Source: Octopus vulgaris (lineage: Eukaryota). From it: 64,000 nucleotides of DNA. Of the stretch, positions 28,430 to 42,525 are shown in pieces (the first letter of the stretch is position 1; every line of letters begins with the position of its first letter). A program made the position numbers and the translations under genes. The DNA is taken from NCBI GenBank assembly GCA_951406725.2, contig OX597816.1, positions 178,188,001 through 178,252,000 of the forward strand, given 5' to 3'. The notes beneath the pieces are model-generated. The model made no database searches. It saw only the letters and a program-made list of their open reading frames with translations, and was not told the origin of the DNA.

Positions 28430-29154
28430 TGATTCTTGATGTGAAATCGTGTGTTGAAACAGATGTTGTTGTATTTAGGAATGGTTATGTTGCCAGTTTA
28501 GCCAATAAAAACACACGCAATATATATTTGGTGTTAATTTGCTTCAGCTTTATTTAATTTTTACATTAATCTTAATCTTATTTCGGCCAGAGTTCTTTCG
28601 TCACACTTCTGTGACCTCATCAGTGGTTCTTTGCTTTCTTCTTTCTTATTTGTGTGTCTCTCCTTACTAACGGTCAGCCATTTTGTATTTTGTATTCCTA
28701 TTGTATGAGTCTTTATTTACGCATGCGTATACCCCTATGTGTGTCTATGTTTAGTTAGTGTGGGGGAAGGGCCTGTAATATTTGTTTCTCCTGTTTATAC
28801 ACGTTCGTGTAATTTGTTTTTGTTTATTTTGTTCGTGTGTTTACACCTACTTATTATTCTTTCTTTTTGTATTTAATTAATTTTTTTAAAATGTTGTTAA
28901 TGTATATAGTCATTTACTTCCATTTGTTTATTAATCTGTGTATTTTATCATGGTTTTACTTTTGTTTATATTGTTATCAGTTTATGGGGATCTTATTCTG
29001 TCGTATGTTGAGGTGTTTGGGGGTGTGTGCTAGTGTTCCATTCCAGTTTCCTATTCAGGCTAGGTTTATCTTCTATTATGTGTGTAGCTTCTGTATTTGT
29101 CTAATTGTCTAATTTGTCTAATTGTTGCGTCTGTTCTATGTGTGGACAAGATTT
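28430..29154 (-). mobile_element. Penelope-like element 3' part (GIY-YIG C-terminus plus pLTR)
   Basis: Minus strand reads TEATHIIEDKPSLNRKLEWN, like a PLE endonuclease end, followed by a hammerhead. Confidence 0.75.
28587..28626 (-). ncRNA. Minimal type I hammerhead ribozyme
   Basis: CCA-CUGAUGA-GGUCAC-AGAAGU-GUGAC-GAAAG-AA-CUC-UGG: canonical core with a CUC triplet. Confidence 0.6.
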
Positions 29155-29775
29155 TGTTGAGAGAGCCCCCGTGAACACGGGGGCTCACTCAACAACATGC
29201 ATTAAATGTTAATTTAGGGGTTAATATGTAACTGTAAATACCTTTCCAACCTTGTAAATGCAGCGATTATTATTAACTGGTAATTGAACGGTAAATGTGT
29301 ATTTTTATATACCTCTTTGTTTTTTGTCAAGAATTTCACCTCCAGCCTTTCGTTATGTCAGTCAACGCACATACACTGACACACCATTCCGCTGTTGTGA
29401 CAGTAAAGACATAAAGTTGCCAATGCGTAATGTTATTCACAGGATATCAATTATTTGTTTATTTCAAATATAATAGAAGTAAGATGATCTTAGTGTTATC
29501 ACATTAAAAGTTAAAGAATAAAAGTGAAACAATATTGCATCACATTACAATATAGATCATATTTTTTCACTTTTGAACGTAATACCGAACCAGTCTAAAA
29601 GATTTCTCTGGGCTCGTATTAGGTAAGAAGTTGAAATTTTTTAGACCATGATATTACATGGACTCTAAGGGATGCACGTGTAAAATTTGAATAAAATCAG
29701 TTGGGTACTTCTCGAGTTTTAGGGATTCACACATACAGACACACACTTTCTCAGTTTTATATATATATATATAGA
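29155..29775 (-). mobile_element. Probable non-autonomous Helitron (third family)
   Basis: 5' TCTATATATAAAACTGAG...GATTTTATTCAAATTTTACAC and a GC-rich hairpin at 29155-29194. Terminal CTAG not seen. Confidence 0.55.
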
Positions 29776-30890
29776 AGCCACGGTCCATGAGACCCCTCAT
29801 CAAACCCCTGGTATAGGCATCCGCTCCAGAAATAGACAGAAGACTTTTCAACGCCACCTGCTTCAGATCCCCTCGACTTACCACCTTGGCCAAGGTGCGT
29901 GAGTTGCAGTATGCTGATGGCAGTGCCGGTTTCCGATCTTCATAAGGCTGTGAACCACTTCGAAAATTTGTTTACCCGATTTGGTCTGGCACAAAGCGTA
30001 ATGGAGACGAAGATCTTTGCAGAGGGAGTCACCGGCCAACCTCCTCCTGACTCCTGTGGCATAAGGCAACATGACACTGTCGTGAAAACTGTGGTGGCTT
30101 CCCCATACCTCGGAGTCTACCTGTCCAACGATTGCACCATTCAGAAAGACATCGAGAATAGGATCAGCGCAGCCCAAACTGTTTCCGGAAAACTCACAAA
30201 TCAATGTTCCTAAACTTCGACCTCACTAACCAAACGAAAACCATGGTATTCTGAGCTGTCGTCCTTTCTACACTTCTCTACGGCCGTAAGACCTATTGTA
30301 TCGAGAACACTTGGAGAAAATCGAACGTTTCCAACAGAACAAGCTTCGCACAATCATAAGGATTCGATGGAGGTACCACACTACCAATGAAGAGGTTCTG
30401 CTCCGAGCCGATTTTCCCTGCATTGAAACCACCATGGCACGATGCCGCCTCCGCTGGTCGGAATACATCAAACGTATGCCTCAAATGCGCTTCGCCCGTC
30501 AGTTTCTCTTTGTGAAGTTGGCTTCAGGCACCAGGCCACAGCGGAGCCACCAAATTCCTTTTCCGAGACCAGCTGAAAGCCATTCTCCTCCGCTGCTCCA
30601 TTGACCCAAATATCTGAGAGACAATCGCCAAGGATCGCCATATCATTGTTAAGGGAACACACCTGATGGAAAATAGCAGCCATCAAGAGGCAGAGATCAG
30701 ACGCTAAAGATGCAAAGAGCAACTCACACCTCTTCGTCCCTGCCACCACAACCACCACCAACCTTTCCTTAAGATAAATGCCAGCAGCGCTTTTGTACCA
30801 CCATTGGTCTGAACAGCATTCATCACACCCGTCAAGATGAAGAGCCTCAATCACTGGCTACTGCTCGGATACGAGTTAACACCGATGATA
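29776..30890 (+). mobile_element. 5'-truncated RTE (BovB-like) LINE
   Basis: RELQYAD..., FGLAQSVMETK, PYLGVYLSNDCTIQKDIENRISAA, RLRWSEYIKRM. Confidence 0.85.
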
Positions 30891-31639
30891 TATTATGCGT
30901 GACAAGGACAAGTCGTATCAATCATGCCGTTTCCGAAAAACAGAATTCGTTTTGGTTTTTACACCAAACCTACTGGAGATCACCATAATTATTGAAAATA
31001 TTGACATCCGATTAAGATGCAAGGCCAGCAAATTCGTGGTGAAGGTATTGGTCGATTACATTGACCCCAGTACTTGACTAGTAATTTATTTTACTCAACA
31101 GGATGAAAGATAAAGTTAGCTTCGGTAAAATTTGAAATCAAAATGTAAACAACGCTTTAACGTTTCTGCTCGTCAACGTCTTAAAGTAAACTTATTGTTT
31201 TTTCCTAGACCCAGAAAGGAAAAGCATAAAATAATAATTCTGGAAGTTACGAGTAAACTACGACAAAATGAAAAATTAACGCTTTGGTAAATCAATTCCT
31301 ATCAGTCGCATCTGTTAGATTAGATTAATTTCTCACTGAGCGTAACCAGATTTGTGTGTATTGTAGATTTCTCATGTAGACAATTGTCACTTTATATTCA
31401 TCATTATTTGTTTCTTCTTGCATCAAATATTCAACAAATCAAATACAAACCCATAGCCACTTTCAAATGTTAACCGTGGCAAAGCATTAAAGGATGCCAT
31501 TATTTATGCTAAGAAAAACTCAGTAACACACTAATTGCCATTTATATTTTTAAATGTAACTCTATGTAATATACGAGCGTTGTAAGTGCGTAACTGGGCA
31601 AAAGAAAATCTTATCGACAACCAGTAGAATCAGATTCAT

Positions 31640-32364
31640 GCCGAGTAGTTTCTTTGTGAATGGCTTTCACACTCAGGTCGTCGAACAGGGCTAAACCTTT
31701 GAAGCTTTCTTCTTTTATGATTGGTCAACACCATGTCTTAAGCACAGAAAAAAATCATGCATTCATTTTCGAACTGACTGGTACAGAAAGTAGTTGCCGT
31801 AAAATTACATACATGTTTAGAAAGAAAAAATTAGAACTGTTTGGATTTGCAGAAATGTGACAAGTTTCTTTCAAACGCTGTCAGAATATAGTGTCTACCA
31901 AAAATCAACTTCCTGACCAAAAGGCTTACGATTTGTCATTTCCTCCATATATTAGTTCTTGTTTGATATAAAGGTTTGAGGAGTTAGTCGATCTAGTTAA
32001 CACAAAATAAGATGTTTGCGAGAGTATGATGTGATCGATGAAGGAGTAATAAGTGTTACTCGAATCATTTGACCCGTGACTTTGTCGCTTCTTCGGTCTG
32101 CTGGAAGTTCCACGCGTTAATTTCGTATGTTTTCGTTCAATCATAAAAATCGTCAAACATATAACAAAGTTTTTACTCTTCATAAACTGATATTGATTTC
32201 TGCGCTCGGTCGTTCTCAGCTACTAAGTTACAGTGATCCTCTTGTACAGGAAGTAATAAAAGTCGGTCAAATGTAATTAAAAACTGAATGATCACCAATG
32301 AGAATAATACAGAAAATATCATCATGGGATACGTGAGATACAACATCACTGTTAAATTAACCAT
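31640..32364 (-). pseudogene. Ancient hAT transposase remnant (PRKRIR/ZMYM1-like C-terminal half)
   Basis: YYSFIDHIILSQ and LRQLLSVPVSS...FFSVLKTWC*PIIKEESFKGLAL resemble the hAT dimerisation domain (LLT.PV.S..ERSFS.L...KTWLR..M.EERL.GLAL). Confidence 0.6.
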
Positions 32365-34898
32365 TTTATGTATAAGCGGTTGTGTTTATTGTCGCTAATA
32401 TTTCGGTACAATAACTGTTCGAGAAAACCATCTCATTTCCGAAAGTGCAAGTATGATCGATTATTTGTTTTCAAATAATTTTCGCTTTTTTTTCTTTTTT
32501 GTCTTTTTAAAATTAAACTTAAATGCTTCATTTTTATTTTTACTTTCATATTTTTTACGTTTAGCACTACCCGACACATATATTTACCAACATCAAAATG
32601 CAATCCCTGATAGAGGATAGCTGGTTATAACTATCTTCACTTGGAGTTAATGAGCGAGGCAGTGTACAAAATATTTTGCTTTTGGGTATACAGCTTGTAT
32701 TCTTTTGTGAACCCTCTTCTTTTCACCACTTATGGCAGAGCAACTATTATATCCTCCTTGTTTGCATAATTAGTCAACTGATGAGCTCAAATCTTAAATT
32801 TTAGGCAATTTCATTTCTATTGTTTCTCTAACTTACATTTTTATTGTTTCTCTAACTCAAAAAAAAGTTTAACATTTTCTTCGTTGTCAAATAAGCTCAG
32901 CGTTTCATCGAAACTCTCTGACAAGGAAATCTGGCTTCGAGTCAGCCACAAATATTGAGCTAAATTTTTCAGCGCAGTAATTAATGAATTATTTGTTTCG
33001 AATTTATAGCGACATATACGTGTAGGATTTTACTCTCATTCAAACCCTTCCTTTAAAATGGAATCAAACTCAGATTTCCTTTCAATGAAATATTGAAATT
33101 ACCTGCTGTGAATTGCTTTGATTTTGTATGTTATATACATCATGAACGTTATTCGCTAACAATTCTTTAAGATAGAACTTTGATATAGGATTTATAATAT
33201 CTGTACAACTGTATTTGCAAGGTATTGAGAAAATGCAAGTCAAAATACCTTGCAAGGAATTTAAACCGTTGCTCTATCGATACTACCAAAAGCATAAGAA
33301 AAATATTTCAAGTGCAAGAATTGTTTTTGAGTATGCTCTTTCGTCTAGTATCTCGTGAAAAACTATGTGAAGTTTGCTTCTGAACCACGCGATTTTGGAT
33401 AACTTAGTGACAATTCTTGATGCCTAAGAAGGCACAAAATGACAAATATTGGTGAGAACAGACGACTATACAACCATCAGAACCTGACTATTACTAATTT
33501 TATCTACCCATCCTGGTAGGGTTTGAACTCAGAGTGTAAAGGAATATGACTAAATACAGTACAAGTCTTTGACCACCGCTTGTGGGTAATGTTAACTCAG
33601 AATACAAAGGGCTTAAGCAAATACTGTAAGATATTTTGCACAGACCTCTATCGATCTTCAGATCCAGTTGATGGACTATATTGATTTCTAACAGAATATT
33701 TCAGCTTCAGTACTTGACTGGTACTTCATTTTTCTACCCGAAAGGCAAAGTCGTACCGAAACCAACCCCTCCCCCGGCCACCGTGAAGCCGGGGCTCGAG
33801 ATGTCGGTGAGTCATTGTAAAGACAGACGAAATGCTGCTAAGTAATTAACCCAGTGTGCCAAAGATTCTGCCCGCTCGCCGCTTTAATGCAAAACATAAT
33901 TTTAACAGTCATAACTAAATAGCATGAGGAATTCTTTCCGGCGCTCTACAGTCTGCTGACCCATCGACCTTCGTTCATGGCTAATATTATAAACAATTTC
34001 AAGAGAGATGTGAATGGAGTTTGAATTTCGTATTGTTCAATTAATATTTTATCCTTGGACTTTGGTCGGCTTAAGACTGAGTTCTGGCAATTAATTCAAA
34101 TAAAGTGAAACAAAGCGTGTTTGATGACAAATATTGATTAGCATGCACGAGAATATCAAAATACTACAAACGTTATTACCTTAGCAACATTTGACAAGCA
34201 TTAGGTTTTTTTTTTTTTTTTGTTCTTTTCTTTTCTCAGTTGTAACATCTGAAATACTGTGAAATGAATAACGATAACCTCAGACAAAAATAACAGGAAG
34301 AATATGCACTTTGAATTAAAAATAACTTATCAAAAATTAAACTGACAGCCGTGATTATATAATTTGTATACAAATTTGTGCAGTGATTCCCAATTAAAAT
34401 TTTTCTTTCAGCATGCATACCAGTTGAGATACTAAGATACACATTTACTGCTGTACTTTAAGCTAAATGGTTTTATTAACCTCTTAAAAGCTATTCAGAT
34501 CAAATAAGTAAATAAAGCGTTCATATACGTGTGTGAGAAGCCAAAAAATATACGCGACTCTAGAAATATATGATTATATGACTGAAGAACACTAAACGTT
34601 AGTGTGGATCTGTGTCCAGATACGACATTTCTGTGCCATAAATAACCTCCATAAAACGCTATACTTTATTGTAATAAGTGTCCTTTTACAGCTTGTCTCA
34701 TTTACTTGTGATTTGGATATTTTTATTGCATATTTTTCCTCCACCATAAGAGTAGTGTTTATTTAATAAATGACGCTTGCGATATTTGGCATATAGAACC
34801 ATTACGCAAGTGTTTGTCACTGTGTGTGTGTGTGCATGTGAGTGTTTTATGTGTGTATATCTCTGTGTATATGTGTGTGTGCATGTGTGAGCGCACGC

Positions 34899-34958
<60 letters not shown>

Positions 34959-35374
34959 GTGTGTGCGTGTGTGTGTGCGTTTTGTTTGCTTCTAAGAAAA
35001 GATATATTGGGCAATGACACAGACTGTGGTGACTCGACCGCCAGCTTGAGTAGATACGAATTTTCAAAGAGAATTATGTAGTCGAGCGGGTTTCCCTTAA
35101 GTGACTTAGTCAAAGGGGGTACAGAAAGATTTCCTAATACCTACGATTAATGGATGGGAGAGAGAAGAAATCATAATTGCCAGGTTACTCCGAAAGGGAG
35201 CAGGATGTCAAGACGTCAATGATTCCCCAAACCGGAAATCTAATCCGAATACTTACAAAGGCACGTAAGGTTAGATTGTTATGTTGAAACAAAACCAATA
35301 ACTTAGACGACAGATGTGGATAAACGTCGATGAATGGAAGACAATACTTTATACTGAATGAAGTATATGAATAC

Positions 35375-35574
35375 TGATTTCAAATTTTGGCACAATGCCA
35401 GCAATTTCGGGGGAGTGGGTAAGTCTATCACAGTGAACCCACTGCTCAACTAGTACTTATTTTGTCGACCCCGAAAGCATAAAAGGCAAAGTTGAGTTCG
35501 GCAGAATTTAAAATCAGAACGTAAAGACGGACAAAATTTGCCCGGCGTGCTAACGATTCTGCTTGCTCGCCGCC
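35375..35574 (-). mobile_element. Meta-domain SINE
   Basis: Full head and domain, with approximate TSD GAAGTATAT(G/T)AATA. Confidence 0.8.
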
Positions 35575-35674
35575 TGAGAAGTATATTAATATTAGTACTA
35601 TATAAAGCTTTCTTAGAGCACTGCATCCTAAATTTAGATTGAGTGAGAAAGGGTGAGAGAGAGATGGGGGAGAG

Positions 35675-35758
35675 ACAGACGGACGGACGGACGGACGGAC
35701 GGATGGACAGAAAGACAGACAGATTGACAGTTGACTAGACAGACAGACAAACTGACAG

Positions 35759-35838
<80 letters not shown>
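35675..35838 (+). repeat. (GACG)/(GACA)/(GATA)n compound microsatellite
   Basis: Direct observation. Confidence 0.9.
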
Positions 35839-36815
35839 GTTTCTTTATTAGCCACACAGGACTGAACACAGAGGGGACAAAATACAATGTAGAGCTTTTC
35901 TTTTGGGGAAGAGAAAAAAAAGGTGGGTAGAATTTCGATCAAAAGGGATCGTGGAAACAAGGAAAAAAATAAAGAAGGAAGCCGATCAATAGGGATTGTG
36001 TATCACAGAAATGTCATAATGTAAAAGGGAAAACAGATTAGGTCTATCCGTGGGAGGAAAAGCCTATGGAAAAGACCACGGTAACCTCAGACAATAATGT
36101 CGTGCAAAAAAACACATTACCGTAAGTGACTCTTTTTTCCTTTCTTTTTCTGGTTCATAGGATTATGCTCAAGGTGGCTCCATCATGCACACGTGCCATC
36201 CTTGCTACATTCACCCATCTTTTATTGAAACATTCACTAGACAAAACTTCCCTCTCTACTTTCACCTTCCTCTCAAAGTGATACTTGAAGAAGTTGATGA
36301 GAGATTCACCAGAGAGGAAAGTGTTTGTCTCTAGACCCTTCAGACGTGTCCACCATACACATTCTCTCGCCATAGCCACAAGTATGATGAAAATGGCTCT
36401 TCCTTCCCGTTTCAAGGAAGGAGGCGCGACGATATTCACGATATACTCGGTTGATAAACTGACTCGTCCCACACGCGATAGCAGTCGTTCAACACAGGTC
36501 GGAAATGGTTGGACATTGTACAAGTGCGTGCAGAACGGTTTCGTCGCTCTGACCGCATCTCGGGCAGGTCGGCCCCGTGTTTCTCGAGCTATGTCTGTAG
36601 AGCTTATCCCGAACGGGTAGCGCTTCTCGATAGCACTGCCAGGCCAGGGCTGGCCATAGGTCCCGGCCCGAAAGTAGTTTTGAACAGGCGGATCAGGTAT
36701 TTCTCGTCGACGCCCAGGTTCGCCCCGAGATCATCGTCGTACCTCCCCTCCACTAATCCCCTATAGAATGCTTTGGTTGTGTTGCAGTCGCTCAAGATCG
36801 ACCCGGGACGGCATT
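35839..36815 (-). mobile_element. 5'-truncated Tx1-clade LINE inserted in (GATA)n
   Basis: C-terminal ORF2 with a CPRCG..ETVLH-type zinc knuckle and MARECVWWTR. The tail AATAAAGAAAC abuts (ATCT)n, and AGATAGATA lies at the other flank (36821-36829). Confidence 0.88.
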
Positions 36816-37244
36816 TGCTCAGATAGATAAGATATGAAATTAGATATTAATTTTTTTTTAATATACTGGACTAAAACTAAAATGAAAGTAAAACTTCACT
36901 CTGACTATGTGAGAGCGAACAAACTCTCCATCAAACAAAGTTTAGATTGTGATCTAGGGAATACTTGTGAAAGATCCACGGGAGATGTATATTCAGGTTT
37001 GCAGTTATTTACTTGCGGCAAATAGCATTAAAAGGGATTAATTTAACTGAATTCCCTTCTTAATCATTTAGCAAACACTGAAGTATATATATACATTAGA
37101 TTAATAGGGCAAAGATTTATTAATTTAATAATTTATTAATAATTTTACCAGTAAAAACTTGTACAAAAAGTTTTTTTATATAATTCTAAATATAATTAAG
37201 GATTCAATCAATATTAGAAACAGGGAAGCAGTTGCCAGCAACCG

Positions 37245-38030
37245 TGGAGGAGGAGGCGGCGGGGGAGGCGGAAGGGAGGGGAGGGGAGGAATGGAGGAAG
37301 GGGGGAGGAATGGATGAAAGGAGGAAGGGAGGGGGAGAGGGATGATGCGGGGTGGTGATGGGGAGAGAGGGTGGGGGAGGAGGAAGAGAAAGAAGGGAGA
37401 GGGGAGAGGACGAGGTGAGGACGAGGGGATGAGGAGGGGGCGCAGGAGATGGAAGGTTGGGGAAAGGGAGGAGGAGGTGGAGGACGAGGACGAGGTGGAG
37501 GACGAGGTGGAGGACGAGGAAGGGAGGAGGAGGTGGAGGAGGAGGACGAGGTGTATAACGAGGAAGGAGGAGGAGGTAGTGGAGGAAGAGGAGGAGGAGG
37601 TGGTAGTGGCGGCAGCGGAGGAGGAGGAGAAGGGGGGAGGGGGAGGAGAGGAGGAGGTGAGGAGAGGAGGAGGGGGGGAGAGGAGGAGGTGGGGAGAGGA
37701 GGAGGTGGGGAGAGGAGGAGGTGGGGAGAGGAGGAGGTGGGGAGAGGAGGAGGTGGGGAGAGGAGGAGGTGGGGAGAGGAGGAGGTGGGGAGAGGAGGAG
37801 GTAGGGAGATGAGGAGGAGGTAGGGAGATGAGGAGGAGGTAGGGAGATGAGGAGGAGGTAGGGAGATGAGGAGGAGGTAGGGAGATGAGGAGGTGGGGAG
37901 AGGAGGAGTAGGGGTGGGGAGGAGGGGAGAGGAAGAGGAGGAGAAGAGGAGGAGGAGGAGGAGAGGTGGAGGGGAGGTGGAGGAGAGGAGGAAGGAGAGA
38001 ATGGTGAGAATTAGAAGAGGAGGAGAGATA
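37245..38030 (+). repeat. G/A-rich polypurine low-complexity tract with internal minisatellites
   Basis: Repeats of GGAGGAGGTGGGGAGA and GTAGGGAGATGAGGAGGAG. Confidence 0.9.
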
Positions 38031-38039
38031 GTTTAACAT

Positions 38040-38795
38040 TCAACTCGACTACCTACACACCCATATAACCCCGTTGCTAAAAATAACTCTACCGCCACTG
38101 ACCCTAAGCCAGAACGGACACAGGTATTTACTACTAGATCTCCTCCCCATCACCCATACACTTTAAGGCGACCACTGACACCTGCTACTCTCTTTAAATT
38201 CCTTTCATTTTGCTCTTTTTTGTCTTACCCTATCTTTCTCTACCTCTTCATCGTTTCTCGACTACTCCGTACACAATTCTTAGACACTATACACCTATAT
38301 ACACCTTACTTTATCCTAAAGCCAATCTTAGAATTCCCCCTCCTCTCACTCTATCTACCCCTCTTTCTATTTATTTTCTTTTATTTCCTTTTTCCACTTG
38401 ATGGCCACCTCCACTACCATTCTGTTATTGAACGTTGATACGTTCGTGTCTTTTTTCTCTGGATGTTAACTACATCAGGATTTTAACTCACATGGATCTA
38501 CGCAGAATGGCATCTAAGGATTTATGCTCTTATTTCTACAACATCGGAAAGCTGAACTATGGACTTTTCTTTTTTCTCCTTTCTCTCCATCTCCGTATTC
38601 CTTTACTCCCTTCCTCTATGTCATCATCTCATTAATATATACCATTTTCATTTTCCCTATTTTTCCCTATTTGTCTCCGACGACGGAATATCCCATACTC
38701 GAGGATATCCCAGAAACAGCTGTAAGACTGAATTTTTTCCAATAATAATATTCTATATGACTTGAGATCGAAAATCTGCAATGGCTCCATAACTA
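38040..38795 (+). mobile_element. Penelope-like element 3' region / pLTR
   Basis: Same family as 3931-4420. Ends shortly after a hammerhead. Confidence 0.6.
38673..38728 (+). ncRNA. Type I hammerhead ribozyme
   Basis: GUCU-CCGACGA-[GGAAUAUCC...GGAUAUCC]-GAAAC-AGCU-GUA-AGAC, with palindromic stem III ACAGCUGU. Confidence 0.75.
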
Positions 38796-40833
38796 GCGCT
38801 TCGGCTATAACCTTGGAGCCCCAGTAATCCTTTACAGCATTTACCTAGCGTACCTTATCGTTTAGATCACCTGTGAACTAAACCCCCATACTTTATACTT
38901 AGACGTATACATATATTCATATGCTACTTATAGCTGAATAAATAGAACATCATTTCATACCTTTATGTGGAGTTTGGATGTGGCTTGGAACGGATTACCC
39001 CTATTTATATGTATTTCAATTACGCCAGTAACGAACAAGTTCGTGTAATGAACAAGACTCCTGTTACGAACAAGACTCCTGTTACGAACAGTGCTCTGAA
39101 ACGGAATGTGTTTTAAATTGAAAACCCATGGTCTTCATTTGTTTATGAACTGAATTCCGAGACGTTGAATTAATGTGTCAGTGTTATGTAACTCTTAACA
39201 TAAGTCTCGGGCCGAATCAGCGTAACAATATCACAAGTCTGGACAAGTGTACTATAAGTGCAATCCAATGAAAAAGAAAGAACTGATCTCCAGTTTTATA
39301 TTAGTAGTTTATTAATCGTCCCGGAAGACGAAAAGCAAATAATTTTCTACAACATTTGAGCTGAGTGAGCATAGAGCTTGAGCAAATACCGCAAGACATT
39401 CTATTCGATGCTCTAACGATTATGCATATGCCACAGAAAGTGAAACACACACTCAAATATATTGATTTTAAACGGGTAGACGACTACAAATGTTTATGAA
39501 AGGATATGTCAGTCGTATCGAACATAGTAGATGGCTGGTAAATATTTTATCGATTCAAGAAGGATAAGAGGTGAAGTCAACATCAAACTCAGTACTTAAG
39601 GACATATAACTAAAAGCCACGCGGCATTTTGTCCGTTGTTTTAGTAATTCTTCTATTCACTTCACCCACTCAACTACATTAAAATCCTTAATAATAAATT
39701 ATATATATATATATGAGTGCGTGGCACTGACAGGCCGAGATTTTTTTACAAAGTTTGCGCGGCCGATGGCGCTTTTCAAATTAGCAAACAAATTTCTCGC
39801 AAATCACAACCTGATGTCTTGAATAAAAAGATACTCGTCTGTGATACATGATATACAAAAGGATTAGTTAGTCGTTTTACATATTAGGGTTTCTAATGGC
39901 TACTGCATCCTTTATTAGAGTTGATCTGGGGCAAAACAGCAACACAAATTAGTGTATTGTTAATGGAAAATGAAAAAGGTAGCACTTCGACAACTATAAA
40001 TAATATGTGAATATTACTGACAGCCTTTAATTTAGATCGATCTATTTCCTGTCATTTCGTTTGGGGATTTTAATCTAAGGCAAAAAATATATATAAAGCA
40101 GTAGTTGTATAAATATAAGTTGCGCTGAACAACTAAGACTTCTAATCATTTTGTTCTGCATTATCAGGTTACAAATCACAAAGCTACAAATGTCTAAATT
40201 GTTCCGGTAACATCTGTACTTAAATCATTGCACCAATCACAATGGCCTTTACTGTCTGCCATTTCCATGACAATACGCCACCAGCAATCAATCTAAATGC
40301 TAATGCCATCAATAAATATGCAATTTGGAATGATAAGAAATTAGTCGGTGTTCTCGGTATTGTAAACCAACGATCGTTAAGGCGACAGTCTCATCTGTAT
40401 GAGACGGAGATGAACTAAAGAGTCAAATTACATGTCTGATAAATGTATCTTTTCTTGTGTAAGATATATTTAATTATAATTCGTAGTTTCTAGTCCTTTT
40501 CATTAACCTAACATTTTATTTCAAGAATGGGATGCTTTCAAAGAATAGTTTTTCATGTGATTTAGTCAGAAGCTTACTATTTCGTTCGTATTTTTTTGCA
40601 AACGTTATATTCTTTCAACAAATAGCTCAGCCACTAGTTTCTGCATTTTCTCAATTCTATGCTTGTGACTGCGTATCGGTTTTAGAAAATACAGTGAAGA
40701 TTATTCGGAAAGATTTATTTATTTATTTTAATGGTTTGTTGTGGTGTCTAATATAGTCGTTGTCAAAACATTAGAGCAACCAAAACAGGACAAGATACCA
40801 CTACTTCCACCACCACCACAGAAAGCCAGCTTA

Positions 40834-41285
<452 letters not shown>

Positions 41286-41559
41286 CGGTTCCCAGCTAAG
41301 TTCTGATTGAACTGATCTATAATGAAATTTTTCTCCTGCCATGACATTCTCATCTTTTTCCCAGAAATTTAGGATTGCATTGTCCATTTTGCCCTTCCCT
41401 TTCTAAGAGTAATTGGGTATAATTTGAGTGACATTTGACTGCTGTTTCTTGCAAGTCGAACGACTTCGTTATCCTGTCTTTGTCAAACGTATCATTGAGA
41501 TCAGTGACAGTTTTTTTTAATAAATTCAAATTTTAATATATTGAGTATATCCTTACAGA

Positions 41560-41935
41560 TACGGCTATATGTTTAAGAGATTTGTTTCGAAACCATATAA
41601 TTTTGGGTTCAATCCCCCTTCGCAGCACTTTGGATAAGTTCTCCTACTATAGGTTCGGACCAACCAATGACTTGTGACTGAATTTTGTGGACGGAGACTG
41701 TGCAGAAGCCTGTCATATCTGTGTGTTTGTGTGTGTGTGTGTGTGTGTGTATTTATCTCATCACTAACAACCAGTCGGTGTTAGTTTGCTTACGTCCCTT
41801 AGTAATCCAGTAAAAACAGAATCCGATAGAAAAAGTCAGACTTAAAAAATAAGTATTGAGGTCAACTTGATTGACTAAATCCTTCGAGGTGGTGCTCCAG
41901 CATGGCTGCAATGAATGAAACAAGAGAATAAAAGG
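41560..41935 (+). mobile_element. Diverged CORE-type SINE
   Basis: Colinear with 63318-63722, including the internal (TG)n. Confidence 0.7.
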
Positions 41936-42525
41936 AAAGGATGACATATTTTTGAAGCCAATATACTTTCGCACATCGTCCAACAGTTTTGCGTTTGGAA
42001 CGTTTTGATTTACACCTTTCCGCATTTCACCCTTTCATGTCAAGGACGATGAGAACTTTACAATAAAATAACAAAAGATGAAGCGAACACTCGCGCAGAT
42101 TGATGTATACTTCAGACGACTTCTTCAGGATCCCAAAAGATACGGTAGTTTAATATTGGATTATCACCAGGTGTCACTGTTAGAATTGAAGAATGGTATT
42201 CAGGAGTTTGCAACAGGTGCTCAACAAGTAATTACAGGGCTATGTGCAACATATAAAAGTGTAATGTTTTCTAAATGTCACATCTAGAACTCTGGTGAAT
42301 TATTGGTCTATTTTCTTTGTGATACTTAGTTGCTGATTCATCTCAGGGTTTATCAGAGGCAGTGATCAAACATAAACTGAAAATAAAATTGTAACTAAAT
42401 TTTTTTTTTTTTTAAAGTGGGGTGAAGTAAATGACTTGATCTTCATCATGTGTTGAGAGAGATTTCGCTAATATTTTTAAGGTGTCGAACGGCTCCAAAA
42501 GCTCTGTGGCTATTGTAGCCAAACA

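Noticed and set aside
37176-38039. 287-aa Pro/Ser-rich ORF and overlapping Gly/Glu/Arg-rich ORFs
   Set aside because: Translations of a polypurine low-complexity tract.
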